This document shows, piece after piece, positions 37,766 through 46,188 of a stretch of 64,000 bases of DNA. Position numbers and translations under genes: made by a program. The stretch comes from Vicinamibacterales bacterium (GTDB lineage Bacteria; Acidobacteriota; Vicinamibacteria; Vicinamibacterales; UBA2999). Under the pieces are notes generated by a model. It did no database searches. It was not told where the DNA came from and saw only the letters and a list, made by a program, of their open reading frames with translations. Positions within the stretch are counted from its first letter, which is position 1. Each line of letters opens with the position of its first letter. The stretch lies in assembly GCA_050247355.1 (NCBI GenBank), contig JBFWUK010000015.1, forward strand, positions 25,821 through 89,820, in the 5' to 3' direction.

Positions 37766-39124
37766 TCAGAACGCCTGGCCGATGCTGACGTAGAAGCGGC
37801 TCTTGCGCTCGCCGGCGCGGACGTCGAGCACGAAGCCGTAGTCGCCGCGGACCAACACCCACTTGGTGCGCAGGCGCAGGCCGACGCCGGCGGTCTTGCG
37901 AAGGTCGCTGAGCGAGAAGTCGCCAACCGGCGGAAACACGTTGCCGACGTCAACGAACGTGACGCCGTCGAGCAGGCTGATCAAGGGGAAGCGCAACTCG
38001 TTGTTGAGCACCAGCATGGCGTCGCCGCCGGTAGGAATGCTGTCGGGGCCGACCGGGCCGACAGCGTTCTGCTCGAAGCCGCGCAGCGACGTGCTGCCGC
38101 CCGCGAAGAACCGCTCGGTGTTCGGCACCAGCGTGCCCATGCCCCGCGACAGGCCGAGGCGGACGCTGGTGGCAAAGACAAAACGCGGCCGCAGGATCTC
38201 GTTGGAGAAACGCTTGCGCCGCTCGGGCCGCAAGGGGAAGTAGTGCGAGTACTGGCCGTAGTACTTGATGAAGGTGGCATCCGAGCCACGACGGCGAGAA
38301 CGACAGCGCATGTGAGGTGAACGAGCCGCGTGAGGCGTCGAGCACCTCGTCGCGGGCCTCTCGGACCAGTGTGCTGGTCAGCGGCGACACCGTGGCCACA
38401 CGCCCGGGTTCGGTGGGCAGCAGCGGATCGAACGTCCGGCCCCGCTCGTAGCGATAGCCATAGGTCCAGACATAGGCGTTGGCCAGCGATTCCTCCTGCT
38501 GGATCGACAGCCCCTTGCGCTCGACCGTGAAGGCCTTCGACAGTTGCGTCGACGGGTTGCGCTCCTCGCGGTAGTAGACCGAGGCGGTGGTCTGAATCGG
38601 CCAGTGGCGCAGCGTCGGCTGGCTGAGATAGACACGGCCGTCGCGCAGTTGGCTGTCGTAGCGGGCGCTGACGCCGAGCACCCGAGCCTTGCCCAGGCTG
38701 TTGTGGTTCGACGCGTCGACGATGCCGCCGAGGCCGCCTTCGCTGTCGAATGAGGCGCCGTAGCGCAGCTGGAATGGCTGAACCTCGCGGATCGAGACGT
38801 CCACCACCACTGGCTCCTGAGTGGCAGCCGGACCCAGCCCGCCAATCAACTCCACGGTGTCGTCGTCGTCGTCGTCGGCGCCGGTCGCGGTGGTCCGCGT
38901 CAGGTCGGCGATCGAGAAGGCGCCGCTGTCGTACAGGTTCTTGCGGGAGCGGCTGAGCGCCTGCAGGTTCAATGGCTGGCCGGGTGCGATGACCAGTTGA
39001 TCGCGCACCAGTTGGTCACTGGTCTCGTCGTTGCCGGCAATGCGGATGTCCGACACCACCGACTGCCGGCCCTCGACGATCGCGAATGCGACGCCGGCGC
39101 GCCCGCCCGCGCGGTCGATCGACC
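37766..39124 (-). pseudogene. N-terminally truncated, frameshifted Omp85 (BamA/TamA) family barrel gene
   Basis: A POTRA-like segment and the barrel are read in frame A (VAFAIVEGRQSVVSDIRIAGNDETSD...YGASFDSEGG...SFSPSWLG). Reading then continues in frame B (SDATFIKYYGQYSHYFPL...VSIGQAF) after a shift near 38281-38290. No N-terminus or signal peptide. Confidence 0.65.
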
Positions 39125-39351
39125 TCGCCGTCGAGGATGGCGTTGCTGGCCGGCAGCGCCGCCACTGCGGCCGCCACCTCCGGCATGGATTGCGGCAGGT
39201 GGTTGCGCGAGAACAACTCGACGCGAGCGCCGCGCTTGTAGGCGAGCAGGCGGATGCCGTCGAACTTGCGCTCGAACACCCAGTCGTCACTGGCAAACCG
39301 CTCTTCAGTGAGGGTCGCCGCCATTGGCTCGAGCCACGCGGGCATGGTCAT
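39125..39351 (-). pseudogene. 5' fragment (about 75 codons) of an ATP-dependent DNA ligase (LigD/LigC-like)
   Basis: MTMPAWLEPMAATLTEERFASDDWVFERKFDGIRLLAYKRGARVELFSRN...ILDGEV includes adenylation motif I KxDG. Similarity stops at about 39125 and the frame then reads nonsense. Confidence 0.55.
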
Positions 39352-39366
39352 GACGGGTCCGGTTTA

Positions 39367-39453
39367 TCACACTGGCATGCCCGGCGTGATCCCGACCCAG
39401 TTCCGCTCGGCATCGGGCCCGAAGTAATAGAGCAGCCCGATCGCAATGGGCAT
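39367..39453 (-). pseudogene. possible relic of a YihY/BrkB family membrane protein
   Basis: 28 codons, MPIAIGLLYYFGPDAERNWVGITPGMPV then stop. Resembles the conserved LYYF.P....W..I.PG core as I recall it. Too short to be certain. Confidence 0.3.
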
Positions 39454-39470
39454 CGTGCGAACGGCCCGGG

Positions 39471-39707
39471 TCAGCGTTTCTTGGCGCCGCGCCGCGTGCC
39501 CGTCTTCTTGGCCGTGCCGGCCTTTTTCTTGCCTTTGCGGCTCGGCACCTTGCCGCCCTTCTCGCGAGCTTCGCTCAGGCCAATCGCAATCGCCTGCTTA
39601 CGGCTGCGAACGGTCTTCCCCGAGCCGCTCTTGAGCGTGCCCTTCTTGCGGCGGCGCATGGCCGACGCCACGTTCTTGGATGCGGCCTTTCCGTACTTTG
39701 CCATCAA
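39471..39707 (-). CDS. small highly basic protein (DUF6496-like)
   Basis: 78 aa, with motif TLKSGSGKTVRSRKQAIAIGLSEAREKG and a Lys/Arg-rich tail. Confidence 0.5.
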   Translation of the reverse strand: MMAKYGKAASKNVASAMRRRKKGTLKSGSGKTVRSRKQAIAIGLSEAREKGGKVPSRKGKKKAGTAKKTGTRRGAKKR

Positions 39708-39760
39708 GAAACCTCACCCGATCGCCGATGCAAAACACGTGCTCGACCTGGTGGCGGGCG

Positions 39761-40399
39761 TCACTCCGGTTCACATACCACCAGCCGCCAGATCGCCGGC
39801 ACGTTGACCGGGCGAATCGACAGCGGGCGCAGGCCGCTGCCGGCGAGCAGCGGCGACAACGCAACATCGGTCCTGAAGCCCAGCGGTGTGGCCAGCGGCG
39901 CGAGCAGGCGTTCGAACCAGGCCGGGTTCGGTTCATGCTGGAAATGACTGAGCAGGACGACGCGGCCCGTGGGCCGGCAGACGCGGCGCAGTTCGCGAGC
40001 GACCCCCAGCGGGTCGGGCACCACCGAGATCATGTAGGGCGCATACACCGCGTCGAACGTCGCATCCGCAAAGGGCAGCCGGCCGGCATCCGCCCGCATC
40101 AGCCGCATCTGCGGCGTGCCCATTCGCCGGAGTCGCCGCCGGGCCTGGGCCAGCATGTCGGTGGAGTAGTCGACGCCGACAATCCGCGGCCCTGTCGGAT
40201 AGAGCGGCAGCGTCAAGCCGGTGCCGACCCCAACCTCGAGCAGGCTTTCTCCAGGTCGCAGCGCCATCTCGCGGACGGCCTGCCGGCGGCCCTCCTGCAG
40301 GACGCCGCCGAACAGGACATCGTACAAGGGCGACCAGCGCTGATAGGCGCGCGCGATATCGTCGTTCTTGCCGGTCACGAGCTGGGCCTGCTCCCGCAT
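39761..40399 (-). CDS. class I SAM-dependent methyltransferase (PmtA/UbiE-like)
   Basis: 212 aa. SAM motif I LLEVGVGTGLTL and post-I VGVDYSTDML. Confidence 0.75.
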   Translation of the reverse strand: MREQAQLVTGKNDDIARAYQRWSPLYDVLFGGVLQEGRRQAVREMALRPGESLLEVGVGTGLTLPLYPTGPRIVGVDYSTDMLAQARRRLRRMGTPQMRLMRADAGRLPFADATFDAVYAPYMISVVPDPLGVARELRRVCRPTGRVVLLSHFQHEPNPAWFERLLAPLATPLGFRTDVALSPLLAGSGLRPLSIRPVNVPAIWRLVVCEPE

Positions 40400-40459
40400 T
40401 GCCCGCCGGATGATGCAAAGGCAGCGCCATTCGCCACCGTTGAGTTACATACTAGGAAC

Positions 40460-41275
40460 GTGACCGAGTCGCCCGCCATCGAGTTCAGCCACGTCTCGCT
40501 TGCCTTCGACGACCTCGTCGTCTTGCGCGATCTGAGCTTCACCATTCCCAAGGGCGAAATGCGGATTCTGCTCGGGCGCAGCGGCTCGGGCAAGACCGTG
40601 TTGTTGAAGCTCATTCTCGGCCTGTTGCGGCCCGACACCGGCATGGTGCTGGTCAACGGCCAGCGCGTCGACACCATGAGCGAGCACGACCTGCTGGCCC
40701 TGCGCGTCGGCATCGGCATGGTCTTCCAGGAGAACGCGCTGTTCGATTCGCTGACGGTGGCGCAGAACGTCGCCTACCCGCTGGTCGAGGAGAAGGTGGC
40801 GAAAGACCGCGTCGAGGCGCGCGTGGCAGAGGTCCTGGGATTCATCGGCCTCAGCGAGTTCGCCGATCGCCTGCCGTCGGAACTGTCGGGCGGCCAGCGG
40901 CGGCGGGTGGCGATTGGCCGGGCCATGGCGCCGGCGCCGGGCATCCTGCTGTTCGACGATCCGATCACCGGCCTCGATCCGCTGATTGCCACCACCGTCG
41001 ACAGCGAGATCATCAAGGTGCGCGATCTCGAACGGGTGACGTCGATCGTCGTCACCCACCAGATTCGCGATGCCTTCTACATCGCCACCCACGAGGCGCA
41101 GCGCGACGGCAAGCGAGTGAAGATCGTCCAGGCCGACGCCGAAACCGCCGGCCTGGTGCAGTTCATGGTGCTGCACGAGGGCCGCATCTACTTCCAGGGT
41201 ACCGCCGCGGAGTTGCTGGCCTCGCCCGATCCCTACCTCAAGGAGTACCTGCTGCTGACGCTGCCGCCCTGGTAG
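40460..41275 (+). CDS. MlaF-like ABC transporter ATP-binding protein (orphan)
   Basis: GTG at 40460 inside track ORF 39680..41275. Walker A GRSGSGKT, signature LSGGQRRRV, Walker B ILLFDDP, and a C-terminal SPDPYLKEYL tail typical of MlaF. Confidence 0.8.
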   Translation: MTESPAIEFSHVSLAFDDLVVLRDLSFTIPKGEMRILLGRSGSGKTVLLKLILGLLRPDTGMVLVNGQRVDTMSEHDLLALRVGIGMVFQENALFDSLTVAQNVAYPLVEEKVAKDRVEARVAEVLGFIGLSEFADRLPSELSGGQRRRVAIGRAMAPAPGILLFDDPITGLDPLIATTVDSEIIKVRDLERVTSIVVTHQIRDAFYIATHEAQRDGKRVKIVQADAETAGLVQFMVLHEGRIYFQGTAAELLASPDPYLKEYLLLTLPPW

Positions 41276-41277
41276 AT

Positions 41278-41997
41278 TCAGCGCAAGGTCAGGGTGTCGC
41301 CCTGTTTCGGCACGGTGCACCGCTCGCCGCATCCGGCCACGGTGGTTTCGGCGGCGGTCTGGTGGTAGATGACAATGCGGCGCGCGTCGATGATCCGGCC
41401 GCTCTTGCGCACGCTCTGGAACAGCCAGGGCGACACGAACGCCACATCCAGGTTGCGGGCCGCGAGCAACGCCGCCGGGTCTTCGGTATCGCCGCTGAAG
41501 AACAGGCGCTGCCCACGCCAGCTGACAATGTAGGAGTAGTGGCCCATGCCGGCGTGCGGCGTCGGGATGGCGTCGATCGCGATGCCGTTGACCGTCACCG
41601 TCGACCCGGCCGGTTTGACGGGCAGCGCCGCCGCGATTCGCGGGGCCGCGACGCCGGTCAGCGCGTCGGCCGGGGCCACCACCCGCCAGTTGGTGCGGTT
41701 GAACAGCGGGCCATCCCAGTGATCGCCGTGCCGGTGCGTGATGAGCGCCACCGCCGCAGGCGTGCGCGACCGGATCTCGGCCGCGTCGTATTCCATGTAG
41801 ACGCTGTAGCCCGATTGATACGGAAAGTCGGTGAACAGCGTGGTCTGGCCGTCGCTGATGGCGTAGGCCATGTTGCCGATGAAGCGGGCCTCGAGCGCCG
41901 GGCGCGGCGCCGGCTGGCCGCTCGACGACAGGGGAGCCGCGGCGACGACGGTCACCGCGAGCAGGAGCACGAGTCGGCGCACGGCGTGGTCCACCAT
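41278..41997 (-). CDS. secreted MBL-fold metallo-hydrolase
   Basis: 239 aa from MVDHAVRRLVLLLAVTVVAAAPLSS. Metal motif ITHRHGDHWDG. Confidence 0.7.
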   Translation of the reverse strand: MVDHAVRRLVLLLAVTVVAAAPLSSSGQPAPRPALEARFIGNMAYAISDGQTTLFTDFPYQSGYSVYMEYDAAEIRSRTPAAVALITHRHGDHWDGPLFNRTNWRVVAPADALTGVAAPRIAAALPVKPAGSTVTVNGIAIDAIPTPHAGMGHYSYIVSWRGQRLFFSGDTEDPAALLAARNLDVAFVSPWLFQSVRKSGRIIDARRIVIYHQTAAETTVAGCGERCTVPKQGDTLTLR

Positions 41998-42005
41998 GTC
42001 CTCAA

Positions 42006-42530
42006 CTAGGTCGAGAGGCCCGGCAAGAAGCGCCGGTGCTGCAGCCGGATGGCCAGCAAATCCTTCGGCTCGATGCGCAACTGGCCGATGATGCGATGCA
42101 CTTCGGCTTCTTCGGCAATCGAGATGCGCTCGTCGCTGGCCGCCACCGCGAACAGGCACCGGGTCAACCCCAGCTTGTCTTCGTAGCTGGCGTGGTCGGT
42201 GAACTCCTGGGTCACGGCGAAGTCGCCGGTCGCGGCGCCGAACATCAGGCTGCTGGCCTTGGCGAGGCTGACCACCAGCATGGCCTGGTCGGGGGCGAGT
42301 CCGCCGTGCTCGCACAGCAGCGCTTCCATGGCGCGGGTTTCGGTCTCGCTGATGTCCTGGTCGGCGCGGGCGACCCGCCCCAGCAGGTAGGCGAACCGCG
42401 CCAGGTGCTGCGCGCGGTCGGGCTCGAGCCGGTCGAGCGCAGTGACGAGCTCACGAAGGGGAGCGGTTTCGGTGGCTGCGGCCTGGGAGACAGCCTCGAG
42501 ACCCAGCCAGGCCTGGAGTGACTTGATCAC
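42006..42530 (-). CDS. TerB-like (tellurite-resistance TerB family) protein
   Basis: Two TerB-like helical repeats (RVARADQDISETETRAMEALL and AVAASDERISIAEEAEVHRII). The GTG start at 42530 is chosen by similarity and is uncertain. Confidence 0.55.
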   Translation of the reverse strand: MIKSLQAWLGLEAVSQAAATETAPLRELVTALDRLEPDRAQHLARFAYLLGRVARADQDISETETRAMEALLCEHGGLAPDQAMLVVSLAKASSLMFGAATGDFAVTQEFTDHASYEDKLGLTRCLFAVAASDERISIAEEAEVHRIIGQLRIEPKDLLAIRLQHRRFLPGLST

Positions 42531-42672
42531 GTCACCATTATCGCCGCCGGCGCCCGTTCTGGCATGACGTGGTCTGTGACGACGGGGGACGTGACCGGGC
42601 ACAACGCTGGTTCGATGCGCCATGTACCGCGGACTGTCACCTTTCTCCGCATCCTGCATCTCTTAATCACAG

Positions 42673-43863
42673 ATGGCCTTCTCCCGAGTCGTTGCGCGAC
42701 AGGTTGGGTTCGGTGTCTTTGGCGTGGCGCTGCTCGCGGCCCTTGGCTGGGTGGCGACCCAGAGCGGCCCCCTTGCGCCGGTGCAGGTCACCGTCACCGA
42801 GGTTGCGACCGGCGATGTCTCGCCGGCCCTGTTCGGCATCGGCACGGTCGAGGCCCGCCGTTCCTATTTCATTGGCCCGACATCGGCAGGCCGCGTGAAA
42901 CGGGTGCTCGTGGACGTAGGGGATGCGGTGCGCGCCGGCCAGCTGGTGGCCGAGATGGAGCCCGTTGACCTGGACGAGCGCGTGACCGCGTCAACCTCGG
43001 CGCAGGACCGGGGCCAGAGCGCCGTGGCGGCAGCGCAGGCGCAACTGCGGGACACGCAGAGCCGCCAGAAGCTGGCGACCATCGAAGAGCGCCGCGCCGT
43101 GGACCTTGGCAAGGCCGGTGTCGTGAGCCAGAGCGTGGTTGACGCCGCACTGCAGGCCAGGAGCGCGGCGGATGCCCAGGTCGCCGCGGCGGAGGCCGCG
43201 CTGAGCGGCGCTCGGCGCGATCTCGCCCGGCTCGGCGCAGATCGCGGCGGCGCCCAGCAGCAGCGCGCCAACCTCCGGCTCCTCGCCCCCGTCGACGGCG
43301 TCGTCACCTCCCGCGATGCGGAGCCGGGCTCCACCGTAGTCGCCGGGCAACCGGTTCTCAGGCTTCAAGACCCGGCGAGTCTGTGGATCGCGCTGCGTAT
43401 CGACCAAGGCCGGTCGGCCGGTCTCGCCGTGGGGCTGACCGCCCACATCACCCGGCGAGCCAATCCGCTGCAGTCCCTCTCGGGTCAAGTCGTGCGCGTT
43501 GAGCCGATCAGCGACCACGTCACCGAAGAGCGGCTGGCCAAGGTGGCGTTCGACACCCTGCCACCGGGACTCTCGATCGCTGAGATGGTGGAGGTCACCC
43601 TCGACCTGCCCGCGGTGACCGGCACCCTGATTGTGCCCAATGCCAGCATCCGCTACCGCGGATCGCAGGCAGGTGTCTGGCGCCTCGACGGCGAGCAACT
43701 GCGGTTCGCGCCGGTCACGACCGGGGTCGAAGGGCTCGATGGCCGCGTCCAGGTGCTCGACGGCCTTCGCGCCGGTGACCAGGTGGTGGTCTACAGCGAG
43801 CGCGAGCTTACCGACGCCAGCCGCCACACGGTGGTGCCCTCCTTGCGCGGGGACCAGCCATGA
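42673..43863 (+). CDS. HlyD/MacA-family periplasmic adaptor subunit
   Basis: 396 aa with an N-terminal TM helix, a biotinyl-lipoyl-like region VKRVLVDVGDAVRAGQLVAEME, a coiled coil and a beta-barrel. Confidence 0.85.
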   Translation: MAFSRVVARQVGFGVFGVALLAALGWVATQSGPLAPVQVTVTEVATGDVSPALFGIGTVEARRSYFIGPTSAGRVKRVLVDVGDAVRAGQLVAEMEPVDLDERVTASTSAQDRGQSAVAAAQAQLRDTQSRQKLATIEERRAVDLGKAGVVSQSVVDAALQARSAADAQVAAAEAALSGARRDLARLGADRGGAQQQRANLRLLAPVDGVVTSRDAEPGSTVVAGQPVLRLQDPASLWIALRIDQGRSAGLAVGLTAHITRRANPLQSLSGQVVRVEPISDHVTEERLAKVAFDTLPPGLSIAEMVEVTLDLPAVTGTLIVPNASIRYRGSQAGVWRLDGEQLRFAPVTTGVEGLDGRVQVLDGLRAGDQVVVYSERELTDASRHTVVPSLRGDQP

Positions 43864-45038
43864 TCAGCCTTGCCGGTCGCGACATCCTGCATTCGTCGGG
43901 CCGCTTCGTGCTCACCGGGCTCGGCCTGGGCTTGCTGATCGGCGTGACGTTCACCATGGCCGGCGTCTACCGGGGCATGGTCGACGACGCCAAGGTGCTG
44001 CTGAACAACAGCGGCGCCGACTTGTGGGTGGTGCAGAAAGACACGCTCGGACCGTACGCCGAGGCGTCGAGTATCCGCGATGACGTCTACCGCGACATCC
44101 TGAGCATGCCCGGCGTGACGCAAGCCGCCAACGTCACGTATTTCACGATGCAGGTGCGCAAGGGCATTCAGGACGTCCGCGCGATGGTGGTGGGGTTCGT
44201 GACGGGGGAGCCGGGCGAGCCCGGGTACCTGATCGCGGGCCGCCGCGTCACCCGCAGCCACTACGAAACCGTGGCCGACGTGACCGCCGGTGTCGGGCTC
44301 GGCGAGCGCGTCCGGATTCGCCGCCACGACTACACGGTGGTGGGCCTGACCCGGCGCATGGTGTCGTCGGGCGGCGACCCGATGTTCTTCGTGCCCCTCA
44401 AGGACGCGCAGGAAGCCCAGTTCCTCAAGGACAACGACGCCATCGTCAACGAGCGCGCGCGCACGGCCGCGACCGCGGCGGCCAACCGTGTGCCGGCGTC
44501 CAGCGACGACTCCGAGGCCAGCAACCACAACGTCAATGCGGTGCTCGTGCGGGTGGCCGAGGGCCGTTCGGCCGAGGAGGTCGCGCAGGGCATCCGCCGG
44601 TGGAAACACCTGCAGGTGTTCACGCGCGCGCAAATGGAGAACATCCTGATCGCCAAGATGATCGCCACCGCGTCGCGGCAGATCGGCATGTTCCTCGTCA
44701 TCCTGACGATCGTCAGCGCGGCGATCGTGGCGTTCATCATCTACACCATGACGCTGGGCAAGATCCGGGAGATCGCGGTGCTCAAGCTGATTGGCACGCA
44801 CAATCGCACCATCGCCAGCATGATCCTGCAGCAGGCGCTGGGGCTGGGCGTGGTGGGCTTCGCGGTGGGGAAGATCGCCGCCACGCTCTGGGGCCCGATC
44901 TTTCCGCGCTACGTGCTGCTGGAACCGGGCGATGCCGTGCGCGGGTTCGTGATCGTGATGGTGGTGTGCGTGCTGGCCAGCACGCTGGCCATCCGCGCCG
45001 CGCTGGCGGTCGATCCGGCGACGGCGATCGGCGGCTGA
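43860..45038 (+). CDS. FtsX/MacB-type (DevC-like) ABC permease
   Basis: 392 aa with TM1, a large periplasmic domain and three C-terminal TM helices. ATGA overlap with the adaptor gene. Confidence 0.85.
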   Translation: MISLAGRDILHSSGRFVLTGLGLGLLIGVTFTMAGVYRGMVDDAKVLLNNSGADLWVVQKDTLGPYAEASSIRDDVYRDILSMPGVTQAANVTYFTMQVRKGIQDVRAMVVGFVTGEPGEPGYLIAGRRVTRSHYETVADVTAGVGLGERVRIRRHDYTVVGLTRRMVSSGGDPMFFVPLKDAQEAQFLKDNDAIVNERARTAATAAANRVPASSDDSEASNHNVNAVLVRVAEGRSAEEVAQGIRRWKHLQVFTRAQMENILIAKMIATASRQIGMFLVILTIVSAAIVAFIIYTMTLGKIREIAVLKLIGTHNRTIASMILQQALGLGVVGFAVGKIAATLWGPIFPRYVLLEPGDAVRGFVIVMVVCVLASTLAIRAALAVDPATAIGG

Positions 45039-45039
45039 C

Positions 45040-45750
45040 ATGGGGGCGGGCATTGGCATCCGGATCGAAGGCCTGAGCAAGCGCTACGGCTCCGGCGACA
45101 CGGCGGTTGACGCCCTGGTGGACGTGAACATGGAGGTGGCGCCGGGTGAGGTCGTGGGCCTGGTCGGCCCGAGCGGCTCGGGCAAGACCACGCTGCTCAA
45201 GTGCCTGGGCGCGGTGATCGAGCCCACGCGCGGCCGCATGACACTGGGTGGCAGCGTGATCTACGACGACGGGTGGAAGATTCCCGATCTCCGGGTGCTC
45301 CGCCGAGACCGTATTGGCTTCATCTTCCAGGCGCCGTACCTGATCCCGTTTCTCGACGCCACCGACAACGTGGCGCTGCTACCAATGCTGGCCGGGCAGC
45401 CCAACAAGCAGGCCAGAGCGCGGGCCAGCGAGCTGCTCGAGGCGCTCGATGTGGCGCATCGGGCCAAGGCCCTCCCGTCGGAACTCTCGGGCGGCGAGCA
45501 GCAGCGTGTGTCCATCGCCAGGGCGCTCGCGAATCGCCCCCCGGTGATCCTGGCGGACGAGCCGACGGCGCCCCTGGACAGCGCGCGCGGCCTGGCGGTG
45601 ATGCGGATCCTCCATCAACTGGCCACCCAGTACGAGACCGCCATCATCGTCGTGACCCACGACGAGAAGATCATCCCGACGTTCAAGCGCATCTACCACA
45701 TTCGCGACGGCCGCACGGATGAGGAGCGCGGGGCCGGTCTGGAGATCTAG
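45040..45750 (+). CDS. ABC transporter ATP-binding protein (MacB/LolD/DevA-like)
   Basis: Walker A GPSGSGKTT, signature LSGGEQQRVSIARAL, Walker B ILADEPT. Confidence 0.9.
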   Translation: MGAGIGIRIEGLSKRYGSGDTAVDALVDVNMEVAPGEVVGLVGPSGSGKTTLLKCLGAVIEPTRGRMTLGGSVIYDDGWKIPDLRVLRRDRIGFIFQAPYLIPFLDATDNVALLPMLAGQPNKQARARASELLEALDVAHRAKALPSELSGGEQQRVSIARALANRPPVILADEPTAPLDSARGLAVMRILHQLATQYETAIIVVTHDEKIIPTFKRIYHIRDGRTDEERGAGLEI

Positions 45751-45752
45751 TT

Positions 45753-45770
45753 GCCACAGCTTCGTGTGGC
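45753..45770. terminator. hairpin GCCACA-GCTTCG-TGTGGC directly after the ATPase stop
   Basis: Perfect 6-bp stem read directly, in the 80-nt gap between convergent genes. No U-tract. Confidence 0.25.
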
Positions 45771-45830
45771 CGCGGCGTATCGACCCACACCTTGCCTCCT
45801 GTGTTACTCGGAGGATTTGCGCAACCGGGG

Positions 45831-46184
45831 CTAGAACACCAGCGTGCGGTCGGCCCACAGCGTCCAGTTGGTGAGCTCTTCCATCGTGCTGCGGTGAGAC
45901 GGGTCCGTCAGTTCCGCGTCAGCGATGCCGCGCGCGTCCATGCAGCTCGCGCACACGCCAATCTCGCCGCCGTGGCGGCCGACCGCGTGCAGCATGACTT
46001 CGGTGTTGTAGTAACCGGGCGGGACCTTCTGGTTCTTCTTGGCGCAACTGGCCGCGTCGCCGATGAGGAAGACCTTGACCTCTTCGCCGTCGCGCTTCGA
46101 CAGCGAACCGGCCAGGCGGAGACCGTTGTAGCTGCGCTCCGTTCCATAGGGCGGGTCATTCAGAATCACGAGTGTTTTCGCCAT
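45831..46184 (-). CDS. DsrE/DsrF-like sulfur-relay family protein
   Basis: 117 aa from MAKTLVILNDPPYGTERSYNGLRLA, with Cys pair GVCASCMDARG. Lies 4 nt downstream of the MFS gene. Confidence 0.65.
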   Translation of the reverse strand: MAKTLVILNDPPYGTERSYNGLRLAGSLSKRDGEEVKVFLIGDAASCAKKNQKVPPGYYNTEVMLHAVGRHGGEIGVCASCMDARGIADAELTDPSHRSTMEELTNWTLWADRTLVF

Positions 46185-46188
46185 CGCA

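Noticed and set aside
37950-39296. Treating the 448-aa ORF as an intact gene
   Set aside because: Only its middle part reads as Omp85. The first about 58 codons are the ligase fragment in the wrong frame, and the last about 110 codons are out-of-frame Omp85 sequence. It is better explained as a pseudogene.
39680-40459. N-terminal 260-codon extension of the MlaF-like ORF
   Set aside because: It is antisense to the methyltransferase gene and has no similarity. The ABC domain starts right after the GTG at 40460.
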